In this document: in pieces, positions 1-10,881 of the stretch | How positions within the stretch are numbered: the stretch's first letter is position 1 | Layout of the letters: every line of letters begins with the position of its first letter | DNA from: Octopus sinensis | Taxonomy: Eukaryota | Assembly: GCF_006345805.1 (NCBI RefSeq) | Contig: NC_043002.1 | Span: forward strand, 102,982,001 to 103,046,000 | Length of the DNA: 64,000 nt | Direction: 5' to 3' | Made by a program: the position numbers and the translations under genes | The notes under the pieces: model-generated | Told to the model about the DNA's origin: nothing | Seen by the model: only the letters and a program-made list of their open reading frames with translations | The model's database searches: none

Positions 1-3000
1 TGTTCTGTAGAGTAAATCGTAATCACTCTTGGATTACGACTTACTTTGATAATATGCTATTGTAAAATCCAGTCTCATCAGGATTCGTAGCCTCTCCGAA
101 AAATCGTCATTAGAGACCATTCCCCTTGTTAATGATAATATACGTTTATTAGTTTAATTATTATAAAATTATAGAATTCTCGCTCGAAATATAAGAAAGC
201 TACATAAACGAATGAATAGAAACTTGAAACTTTTAATGGCTTTTCTTTCCTGATCTGCGGAAACTCTGAAATGTTCCGCTTGATGCTTAGTCTCACTTTA
301 ATCCTGCCGAAGGAAACTTGTGATCATAAGCATTCAGGCGTTGACTATCGTGTCATTAAGTAGGAGTGTCTACAAATACATTATGAAATGTGTCCTTTTT
401 TTAAAACCGTGCGGATACTAATAAGACGAATCGAATTATACTACACATAAGTTCTAAATTTATCGAAATCATCTATCATTCGAGAGAAGTTAATCGTACT
501 CCTTGTAGCATTTGTAACTGATTGTAAGGAAAAGAGGAGAAAAGCCCAAGAGCCAAAAAGATTGCAAAACTAGTATGTTATTAAATAAATGTAGAATTAG
601 TTTTTCCAAAATCAAGCAAACTGTTGTTGGATGAACTATGTCTCAAAGCCATGATGACGAATAGATCTGGCCTCACACATTAACCATACAATCTCTTTCA
701 TAAATAAACAGTCACATCATCGAAATTTTCAAGCTACGAGATAATGCATGATTAGTTTAAAACAATGTAAATAAATGTGTATTACATTTGACAATGTCAT
801 TTGAATGCTCGTGGGTTCATATTTCAGCCAGATTGTTAGAGGCGGCAAATCATCTGCTTCGCTATAAATTACCACCATTGCGATTGCATTTGTTTTATTT
901 CAAGAAGATTTTTATTCTCTTATGGAAGTGTTGTGTTCTACTAATCTCGCGTTCAATGTGCAATCTACACAATCTGCGTTTTATAGAAGAATAGTTTGGA
1001 GGAAAAGATAGAAATTCTTTGGAAAGAAAATTCGGCCCATGAATGTTCAATGGCTTCACGAAATCCAGTGTGTTTGTGAAAAATTCGTACTATTGCGGGG
1101 ACATGGTTTCATACAAACTTTGGAAACAAATCCGATTCACGGAAATTCTGTCAAGAGGACTTGTGCGACGCAAAAATATAACGACGAAGCCTTTTTGCAT
1201 ACAATCATACATTAGTATCTGGATATTCATGAATGATACATCAAGACTGGACGAGTTGTTGTTGTCAAGCGCAGGACGGAGTCGTTCATCGACTGAATCC
1301 AACATAAATATCGTTGCACAACCTTCTATTGGTGACAAAGTGGTTTTGCTTCATTGGCGATGACAAGTAAAGAGGTGGTCTGCACGACGAAACTTACTTG
1401 TACGACGAGGAACACTTTCCACTTTGGTCAACACTTTATCAATCTACTTTTTAAAAATTTTATCTGCGAAAGAAGGAGTCAGTGACATAAGTAGCGCTAC
1501 CAACCGATGGAATTCATTAAAAGTCGGACACAGTAGAAACCATGCTACTTATATAAGGATCTACTCAGAGGATACTCTTGTAGACAAAGAATCAGAGATG
1601 ATAGTTTTCCCTTAAACTTACATTTTGGGCCGATTCAAATCTTATGACGTTTCCTTTATTTTCATAAGTTCGTCTCTCCAATGAAGGATTCCAACTTGCT
1701 AATTTTAGTTTAATTATCCCACTTACACGTTCTCTTTAGGTCCTACTATGGTTATTAGGGGCTGTTGAAATATCAGGTGTCGCAGTACGTTGTCTTTCTT
1801 CTTTTTGTCGATTGTCTCCGGTGAAATCCCACCTGTGGAAGTGTTGCCTTTCAGCCGGGCAATGAAGAGAGATTGTAGTCAAATGTGGCCTTTGATGTCA
1901 ACGACTTGACCGTTTTTCTCAAAATAGCTTACTTTCTCTGTCTGAATCACAAACCATCGATGATGACGTACTGAGATCAAATTTCAGCTATATCAAATTC
2001 GCCACTTAAGTTTTTAGAGCCAATAACATTACCAACCAAATACCAGAGTGAAAGTAACTGATTTTACCTTCCAAAGAAAAAAAAAGAGACAGCCGTGGTG
2101 CTTATGTTAGAAACAACGATTATTATTATAGTGAACGACAGAGGTCACACTCGGTAGAGCTACGACAAAATTCCTTGTGATTTTTTTGTTTTTACTTCAA
2201 TGCCTCCAAAATAAGCCACGTATTTTTATTGATTAGGAGCTTAGGAAAATAAGCATCTGTTAAGTACTTCGTTAATACAATCAGCTACATGCTTCGCCCA
2301 CTTCTGTCGAATTGCACCCAATTCAAATAAAAAAATTATTTAAAAAAACCAAATATCTTACTAAAAATAACAGTTATTAATGGTATTAGTAGTAGTCTTA
2401 AGTCCAGTCTTATAGTAGAATTAACTTTTAATAATGTCTGAGACACAAACACACAAATACGATACAGTTTAATTTTTATTTATTTTCCTTTAGCTTAAAC
2501 CTAATACAATTAAATCGTATTTTATTACAGTGTTTTTCGAATGTCAAAAGGGCTGTAAAATTTGGCAAAATTCCAGCTGTTATTGGAAGAATCGATGGCA
2601 TTGGTGATTTATTTATTTTCACTTTATTTTGCTCTTTTATCAAAGCCAGCAATAGTTCTTCGAGCCAATCTTAGAATCTCCTTCTGTCTAAGTTTAGCTT
2701 CGTACATGACGGCTAGATTTAAAACTCTATCATTTTAAAGATTTTAGCCAGCAATCTTCAGCTTTGGCGAACAAGAATTTTCAAATATTTACACACAGAT
2801 GGTGTGTGTACTGTGAAAGTTTAACTGCTTGTATGTGTGCGGGCTTATGCTGTGTATATGTGTTAAAAAGTGTGCGATGGAGGGAAAGAGGAAAAACAAT
2901 GGTTGTGTCAAATTAAAACGATGAATGTGAGTGAGATGCTGGTAGATGCTGAATGAAGAAGAGCAAAGAGCAAGAAGAAAAGGCTGTGTAGAAAGCACAC

Positions 3001-4037
3001 AGACAGGGACAGATAGGGTGAGGAAGAAATCGAAATCTGACAGACATTCAATGATAAAGAAGTAGTAAATAGTTAGAGATCCATACAAACGATGAGAAAG
3101 AAATACACTTTGATGGGAAGAGACAAGTAAATTAGAAGATGTAAAGGAGAAAAATAGAAAAGGTGAAACAGAAAACAAAGATAAAGACAAAGAAGCAGGA
3201 GTGACCAAATGAGAAATATATAAGGAAGTACTGATAGAAAAACAAGTGCTGTAGGTCCTGACAGAGGGAAAGATGAAGGCGACAGATTGAATATCGAGCG
3301 TTGTTTTCTGAAATACCATTTCCCATCCCAGTCGACGCCGTTCTCTTCCTGAGACCAAATTAATTTGTTAAGTGTATTTTGGTGTCTACTGCTGGCACAA
3401 ACACGCCTGAAAATCGACAGATTCTTCACTCATCTAGCCATTCATCAAAGTCGGAAATAAGCGAAGTCACATAAATTTCATTAGCCATAAACAACAAATG
3501 CGAATAATAGAGTGCCGTAAACAGTCAGGCGGTAATTAGAGTCTGATGGTGTTGGTAGGGGAATAGCTGATGGTATATAACAGTAATTTGCACACATATA
3601 TGTAGCCACGACTCTACATGGTGGACGATGAGAATTATAATAGTACCGTAGACATCGTTACTAGCGCCTTCTTCATTAATTATTTACTTAAAAAAAGAAT
3701 AACGTTACGGGGCAATTTGTGGTTTATGTAATGCCAAATTTCGATTCTAACCGACGTGGTCGCTATGAAGATTCCGATATTTCCAATGCAATCACTTTTT
3801 TTAAAACTCTCGCCATTTCTGTACACATAAAATATCCTCATAAAATATACTTAGATTAAAAGAAACCAGGAGTGAACTATTAACCAATTCCAATGCAACG
3901 ATGATGATAATATTCGTTACGATGTCATCGCCATGATCACTTGCTGCTTACAATAAAACATGGTACTAACTGCTTCTATCACATATTCTTTTGAAAGATT
4001 TGTCTAGAATCATCGTCTTAACGAAGATAAAATCATA

Positions 4038-4172
4038 CAGTTCTATATTTAAGGGATGAGCAATTATGTATATTTATCTACATTATTTACTTTTGACGGA
4101 TATTTGTCCACATCTTGTTTGTTGTTAACACAATGTTTCAGCTGATATACTCTCCAGCCTTCATTAGGTGTC
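4038..4172 (-). mobile_element. Inverted partial copy of the hammerhead-bearing tail (family E), core mutated
   Basis: The reverse complement of 4078-4172 aligns with 6985-7078. It reads GACAC-CTAATGA-A-GGCTG-GAGAGTATAT-CAGCT-GAAA-CATT-GTGTT, with a G-to-A change in the CUGAUGA core. Confidence 0.7.
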
Positions 4173-4245
4173 ACTGGCATATGGCGTAGTGGTTAAGAGC
4201 TCGGGCTACTAACGCCAAGATCCCGATTTCGATTCCAGGCAGTGA

Positions 4246-4250
<5 letters not shown>
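4173..4250 (+). mobile_element. tRNA-derived SINE head (family E)
   Basis: A-box TGGCGTAGTGG at 4182-4192 and B-box-like GATTTCGATTCC at 4225-4236, running directly into (TAA)n. It is not a complete cloverleaf. Confidence 0.75.
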
Positions 4251-4315
<65 letters not shown>

Positions 4316-4325
4316 AATATAATAA

Positions 4326-4356
<31 letters not shown>

Positions 4357-4398
4357 AAAATAATAATAATAATAAAATAATAATAATAATAATAATAA

Positions 4399-4430
<32 letters not shown>
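4251..4430 (+). repeat. (TAA)n microsatellite
   Basis: Direct reading. Confidence 0.98.
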
Positions 4431-4432
<2 letters not shown>

Positions 4433-4613
4433 GGAATAACAACAGAAAAAATGGAATAACAACAGAAAAAATGGAATAACAACAGAATAAATGGAATAAC
4501 AACAGAAAAAATGGAATAACAACAGAAAATAAATGGAATAACAACAGAAAAAATGGAATACAACAGAAAAAAATGTAATAACAACAGAAAAAATGGAATA
4601 ACAACAGAAAAAA
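4431..4613 (+). repeat. Tandem array of 9 x ~20-bp ATGGAATAACAACAGAAAAA at the 5' junction of a Dong fragment
   Basis: Units counted directly. The last unit continues into the RLE-coding frame (GITTEKRWYRHTPEKV). Confidence 0.92.
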
Positions 4614-5126
4614 GATGGTATAGGCACACACCAGAAAAGGTCACAGAAAACGAGAAAGCAACCATACTCTGGGATATGCCGATACACACAGATAGAGAAA
4701 TTAAGGCCAACAGACCAGATATAGTTGTCAGAGATCATGAAGAAAAAAAATGCTTTCTAATTGATGTATCAATACCGGCAGATGACAACGTGTCTCTAAA
4801 AGAAATGGAGAAATTCTCAAAATACAAAGACTTGGAAATAGAGGTAGCCAGAATGTGGAATCTAAAAACAGAAACAATTCCTATCATAGTAGGTACATTA
4901 GGCATAATAAAAAAATATTCAGACAAATACATAACAAAAACACCAGGACTTACAAACACATATAACATACAGAAAATTGCACTACTAGGCACTGCACACA
5001 TCCTACGCAGAACACTTTCCATACAATAACCATCAGAGCATCACAACAAATCACAGCACATACCCAAGGCACACAGAGCTGCGCTCGGTAGTGAAGTGAA
5101 AGCACGCTATAAAAATAAAACTACTG
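4593..5126 (+). mobile_element. 5'-truncated R4/Dong-clade non-LTR retrotransposon (RLE domain + 3' UTR)
   Basis: The ORF ending at 5029 carries ILWDMPIHTDREIKANRPDIVV...LIDVSIP...EKFSKYKDLEIEVARMW...PIIVGTLG, a PD-(D/E)xK restriction-like endonuclease. The 3' UTR ends in (TAA)n. Confidence 0.88.
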
Positions 5127-5147
5127 AATAATAATAATAATAATAAT

Positions 5148-6879
5148 ATTGACCAACAACTCAAGGGCTTACTAGCGATAGTCAAACAATTCATTGACGA
5201 CATCAGAATGCAATTCGGCCTCGATAAATGTGCAAAGGCTACCTTTATCAAAGGAAAAATGACAGAAACATCTAACGTTAACCTTGACCAGCAGAATGTC
5301 ATAAAAGAACTAGACCCAGCGGAGAGCTACAAGTACCTAGGGGTAATTGAAGGGAACGGAATAAGGCATTCAGAGATGAAGGAAAGAATCAGGAGAGAAT
5401 GCTATCGAAGAGTGAGAGCAATACTCAAGACAGAGCTGAATGCAAGAAACAGGATCCAAGCGATCAATGCATTAGCCATACCAGTCATGACTTACAGTTT
5501 CAATATTGTTAACTGGTCAATTACTGAAATATGTCAGCTCGACAGAAAAATAAGGAAACTGTTGACAATGCATAGAATGCAGCACCCTAAGGCAGATACA
5601 GAACGACTCTATCTGCCAAGAAAAGAGGGAGGCCGTGGTCTTTTGCAACTGGCAATAACAATGAAGATTGCTACAATTAGCCTAGATACCTACCTGAAAA
5701 ACTCTGAGGACTGGATGTTAAAACTTGTCTCAAAACATGAAAACAAGAAAGCATCATACTCAGTCACAAAACAGGCAAAGGAATATCTAAGTGAATTTCG
5801 AATACAACCAATTTCGGAATTAGAGATAGACATACAAGAAACAAACACAGAAAAAGCTAGGCGCATGAAAACCGTGCCAAAACTGCGGCCTTAGATATTC
5901 TGAATAATAAATGGCAAGAAAAACCTCTCTATGGCAAATACCCAAAGAGAGCGACAAAGCCCTGACCCATCAATGGCTAATGGCCTCTGGCTTAAAATCT
6001 GAAACAGAGGGGTTTATCATAGCAGCTCAAGATCAATGCCTACCAACAAGAAACTACCAGGCCAACATATTAAAGAACGGCAGTAGCCCAACATGTCGTG
6101 TATGCCGACAACAAAATGAAACCATTGACCATGTTGTACCAAATGCAGTCTTCTAGCGCCTACAGAGTACCTCAGTAGGCATGATGGAGCAGCACAATAT
6201 ATTCACTGGGTAATTTGCAAAAACCTGGATTTGCCCCATGAAAAAAACTGGTGGGAACACAATCCACCTCCTGTGCTTGAAAATGACCACATCTCACTCC
6301 TCTGGAACTTCACCATTCAAACTGACAGGAAGATAGATGCAAATAGACCAGACATCATATTGAAAGACTGCAGACAAAGAACATGCCTCCTCATTGATAT
6401 GACTGTCCCAATCGATATAAACGTATCTGTCAAGACCTACCAAAAACTGAGCAAATATAAAGATCTTGAAATAGAAATCAGCAAAATGTGGAAGCTGAAG
6501 ACTAAAACAATACCTGTTGTCATAGGTGCCCTGGGAATGATAGCGAAAGGGACTGATTGCTACCTAACTCAGATACCAGGAAACCCCAAAATGGCAGAAA
6601 TTCAAAAGATAGTGCTCATGGGAACTGCTCATATCCTACGCAAAATACTCTCTATGTAATCCCAAGGTTTAAAACAAACTTTTTTAAAATTTTTAAAATT
6701 TTTATTTATTTTAATTTTTTTGTTTATTTTTAATTTTTATGTATTAGACATTCACTAGTACAACACCAAAAAAAAAAAAACAAATACATGGCACATAACT
6801 TCTAACCTGTTGTCTCTTGAGGTCTCTTGGTGAGACTTGGAGCCAACTTGTACAGACATAAAGCAAAAGTCAAACATAG
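5148..6879 (+). mobile_element. 5'-truncated, frameshifted R4/Dong-clade element (RT C-terminus, CCHC, RLE, 3' UTR)
   Basis: ORF pieces 5208-5894 (MQFGLDKC..YKYLGV..LYLPRKEGGRGL), 5911-6156 (SETEGFIIAAQDQ..CRVCRQQNETIDH) and 6231-6659 (NRPDII..LIDMTVP..KLSKYKDL..PVVIGALG). TAA arrays on both sides. Confidence 0.9.
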
Positions 6880-6962
6880 AATAATAATAATAATACTAAT
6901 TATAATAATAATAATAATTATTATTATAATAATAATTATAATAATAATAATAATAATAATAA
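6880..6962 (+). repeat. (TAA)n array with interspersed TTA
   Basis: Direct reading. Confidence 0.95.
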
Positions 6963-6984
6963 TATAACATCGAAATTTCCCCAA

Positions 6985-7030
6985 GACATCTGATGAATGC
7001 TGGAGGGTATATTAGCTGAAACGTTGTGTC
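6985..7030 (+). ncRNA. Minimal type-I hammerhead ribozyme-like motif (family E tail)
   Basis: GACAT-CTGATGA-A-TGCTG-loop-TAGCT-GAAA-CG-T-T-GTGTC. The core is intact. Stem I is 5 bp (one G.U), stem II has 4 pairs, and helix III lies in the palindrome AACGTT. Confidence 0.6.
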
Positions 7031-7397
7031 AACAACAAAGAAGATGAGGACAAATATCCGTTAAGCGTAAATAATGCAAAGATTAAATTCGACGACAAGA
7101 CGGTCTTTAATATCATTTGCTTCACTTGTTACTATATATCCTTTCTAACGGAATTATCACACAATCACATACATCTCTACATACACTTTTACACCGTTTT
7201 TCTCGCTCCTTCTCTCTCTTCCCTCTCTCTCTCTCTCTCTCTCTTTCTCTCGCTCACTCACCCTCCCATTCCATTTTCCCTTTTAGTCATATATATAGAC
7301 AATCCGAACATGAAAACACAAAGAGAAAACCCAATAACGCGAGGACGTGGAACAAGTATAGTATTATTAGACGCTCAGGAAATAAGGAAAGAAGGAG

Positions 7398-7436
7398 TGT
7401 TTAACGTTTCGAGCGGGAGCTCTTCGTCAGAAATAT
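7398..7436 (-). ncRNA. Minimal hammerhead-like motif in a Penelope-like terminal repeat fragment (~7330-7510)
   Basis: Minus strand reads ATATTT-CTGACGA-A-GAGC-TCCC-GCTC-GAAA-CG-T-T-AAAC. Core intact, perfect 4-bp stem II, palindromic AACGTT; stem I is only 3 bp. Confidence 0.55.
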
Positions 7437-7866
7437 AGGAAAAGGAAAAATCCAACGAAGGGAAGACGGAGGAAAAAAAATCGCCAACGGTACACACGCG
7501 GTCACATTTTGAATGACCGATTTCTGTGTTCCCTTCTGCTTTCAATTAATTAAATTCTTGCTCTTTAGATGCAAAGTTCCATTGTTGAACGGAGATGACA
7601 AAAACCACGTCACACTTCAAAGTTGAGAAAAAGTTTTACATATATTTACTGTTTCAGTTACTGATTATATTGTAATGAGCAAGTCATTTGGTCGGTTGGT
7701 TGGCTGGCTGGCTGGTTTTTGAGAACCCTAACTGATCTAGATTATCACATAATCATTTAATCCTAAAACCAAATTCACCAATTATGATTACAAATATGCA
7801 TTTCTAATCGCGATATAGAAGTAGGAGGTTTCAAATCAATAGTCCATATTTATCCTCCTCCTCCTT

Positions 7867-7897
<31 letters not shown>

Positions 7898-8009
7898 GAC
7901 AGACAGATGACAGACGAGGCACATGCATGTAAACATTAATTTTTATACTCAAGCATGGCTATATGTTCTTTTCTAATGTAGGCTGAAGACCCGAAATATT
8001 TGGTGAACA

Positions 8010-8365
8010 GGCCAGTCGATTATATCAACCCCAATACACAACTGGTAGTTAATATATCGATCCCGAAGTATGAAAGGCAAAATCGATCTCGGTGGAATTT
8101 GAACTCAGAACGTAAAGACAGACAGAATACCTATTTTTTTACCACCCACAAGGGACTAAACACAGAGAGGACAAACAAGGACAGACAAACGGATTAAGAC
8201 GATTACATCGACCCCAGTGCGTAACTGGTACTTAATTTATCGACCCCGAAAGAATGAAAGGCAATTCGACCTCGGTGGAATTTGAACTCAGAACGTAACG
8301 GCAGACGAAATACGGCTACGCGTTTCGCCCGGCGTGCTACCGTTTCTCCCAGTTCGCCGCCTTAG
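8010..8365 (-). mobile_element. SINE family C, full copy joined to a 5'-truncated second copy
   Basis: tRNA-like head, GTTCAAATTCC B-box and CTTTCATTCTTTCGGGGTCGATAAATTAAGTACCAG module; the module recurs at 8010-8130. Confidence 0.85.
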
Positions 8366-8957
8366 CATGACTACATGTTAGTATTCTTTTGATTTACTGA
8401 ATCTATGGCAATATTTTAGATCATATTCATCTATTGACTAATAAATTCCCTGTTATTTATTCTACCCAAAACAAGTTTCGTTTAATCACGGCAAACTTCC
8501 TCGGTGTTAGTAACTGGAATTATCTGCGCTCTCATTTAGCGAAAGTTTCTCTCCGGTTAGCGAAGTTAATACTACATGTAGCTCATCAATACACTTCAAC
8601 TTGTCAATCTAGGAGTGCTGGAATTTCCTTGCTGTACAAGAATCTACGAATGAATCATTAACAAAACCTATCCTCGTTTGAAAGGATTATTCTTCGCACA
8701 TCTTCGTCACATCTTTTATACGGCGTTCGGCAACGTCCGCCTGTCTATTTTAACGATCCGTATTTTAACCTGTATATTCAATGTTAGATTACACTTCTTT
8801 CATGAATCAGCAGAGAATCTACTCTAAACTCAGCTACATACAATCGTGTTACCTTGTATGATGAATCAGCATGCTTATTCCAAAATAACTTTAGACAAGG
8901 TGTATGCAGCTAGCGGAACACACGCTAACCGACACGTATATACACACACAATGCTCG

Positions 8958-9827
8958 TAGCTTAGTTTTTCCTTGGGGCTGGCCGGATCGGAGCGATCTC
9001 AAAATTAATCTGCCGAAATTGCTAGGATGATCCGGTTCTTGACTGAAGATTGAAGGCTTCAAATGTCCCGTCCGTGTTTTTTGTATCGTTTTCTAAATGT
9101 TTTACGTTCTTGTCCCAGGTTGTATTTTTCTACATATAATATATATAGCGTCGCCCGTACCCTCGTTGGCATTATGTAAGTATATATTCCTGTAAATTTG
9201 GTACGTCTCTACACACTGTCTCTCTCTCCTACATTTCTCTGCCACTCACACTTTGCACTCTACTCCGATCTGTCCCCTTCTCTCTTTCTCTCTCTCTCTC
9301 TACTTCTCCTTTTCTCTTTTCTTGCCTCTGATTCTTTGGTCTACTCTTCCCCCATTCTCTCACATTTCTCTGTCTTTCTCACTTTGCACTCACAAGCCAA
9401 TCCTTGGCACGCACTCTTTCTTCTCACCTTTTTAAATCCTTCTTTCTCTCTCTTCCCCTCCTTTGTCGGCTTCGTCCCTCTTTTTCCCTCTCTCTTTGTT
9501 TCCTTTGCCCCCTTTCTTTTCTCTCTCTTCTCTCCCGTGACCGCTAGTCAAATCAGCCTTTTTGGCCTCCGACCACCGCCGTGAGAACATCGTTGTCTTC
9601 GTCTGCCAATAAAGGCATTTTTTCCAAATACGCCAGCTAAACTTTTACTGTTTATTAGTCGTAAGACGTCCCCTGTTTTTGTCCTGTTTTTACCATTATT
9701 GTTTTTTGTATTTTATATTCGTGTGGCATCATCCGTTTTTCTGTCCCTGTTTCGTATACATTAAATCCTTCTCCCAAGAAATCTAATGCACATAGCTTAG
9801 TTTTTCCTTGGGGCTGGCCGGATCGGA
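8958..9827 (+). mobile_element. Degenerate repeat bounded by identical 35-bp direct repeats (possibly Penelope-like)
   Basis: TAGCTTAGTTTTTCCTTGGGGCTGGCCGGATCGGA occurs at 8958-8992 and 9793-9827, with a CT-rich tract inside. Confidence 0.45.
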
Positions 9828-10083
9828 AAAAATCAATATGAGAGGTGCAGAAAAAATAGCAAAGTAATAGAATCTGGTAATTGATTTGAAGAGACAATGG
9901 AATGTGCTGGTAAAATGTATCCCAATATTAGCCACTATCTCTATATATTTGAGCAGATGGATAGAGGAAATAGGCATAAAACGCAGTATAGTATACCTGA
10001 AGAAAACAGTGTAATTAAGGACAGCTCAGATGCTTAGGAGGTTTGTTGGCATCTAATTTTACATATTGTGTCCCGATGATTGT

Positions 10084-10131
10084 CACACGCTGATGACGGG
10101 TCAATACCTACTAGAAACCCGGTTCCGTGTG
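10084..10131 (+). ncRNA. Degenerate minimal type-I hammerhead-like motif
   Basis: CACACG-CTGATGA-C-GGGT-CAATACCT-ACTA-GAAA-CCCGGT-T-C-CGTGTG. Stem I is a perfect 6 bp; two substitutions away from a canonical GUC motif with the palindrome ACCCGGGT. Confidence 0.5.
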
Positions 10132-10340
10132 TATCACGTCAGGTTGAAGATGGGAAGGATGACTTCCCTTTGCACATACTGATAGGGCACAGAAAGTGTG
10201 TGAATAGCCAGTTGGAGGAGGTGTCCTTCTGAGGCTACAAGCTACAGTAGCATCCACCCTTAAGGGCTATCCACAGTTAAGTGGCAAATATAGTTCACGA
10301 TGTCGTGCAGGTACTGTGACCTATTCTTTCTCTATAGTAA

Positions 10341-10790
10341 CAGGAGTGGCTGTGTGATAAGTACCTTCCTTACCAACCATATAGTTCTGGATTCAGTCCC
10401 ACTGCGTGGCACCTTGGGCAAGTGTTTTCTACTATAGCCTCGGGCCAATGAAAGCCTTGTGAGTGGATTTGGTAGACGGAAACTGAAAGAAGTCTGTCGT
10501 ATGTATGTAAGTATATATGTATGTATGTATGCATGTATGTATATATGTGTGTATGTATGTATGTATGTATGTATGTATGTATGTATGTATGTATATGTCT
10601 GTGTGTCTTTGTTTGTCTCCCCAACATCAGTTAACAACCGATGGTGGTCTGTTTACGTCCCCGTCACTTAGCGGTTCAGCAAGAATAAGGACTAGGCTTA
10701 CGAAGAATAAGTCCTGGGGTCGATTTGCTCGACTAAAGGCGGTGCCCCAGCATGGCCGCAGTCAAACGACTGAAACAAATAAAAGATAAA
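10341..10790 (+). mobile_element. SINE family B (tRNA head, CORE-like CCTTGGGCAAG segment, internal microsatellite, 3' tail)
   Basis: Aligns with the copies at 20263-20702 and 59316-59735. Confidence 0.88.
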
Positions 10791-10819
10791 TGATGTTATG
10801 GATTTTTGTTTTCCAACAG

Positions 10820-10881
10820 TGTAATCTGTGTTAAGTATATGAACAAAAACAAAAACAATCCACTGTGCCTAATTGCTTTAG
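10820..10881 (+). CDS. Candidate exon (62 nt), unknown product
   Basis: Acceptor gatttttgttttccaacag and donor AG|GTGAGT. One frame is open (VICVKYMNKNKNNPLCLIAL). No family recognised. Confidence 0.25.

Noticed and set aside
4431-4613. Regular repeats (also 43590-43754) as CRISPR arrays
   Set aside because: There are no unique spacers and no cas genes, and the context is eukaryotic.
9030-9072. CTGAAGA..GGCTTC-AAATG as a further hammerhead
   Set aside because: GAAA is absent and neither stem I nor stem II pairs convincingly. Other CTGAnGA hits (15644, 33370, 36540, 45302, 61322) also lack a stem II-GAAA.
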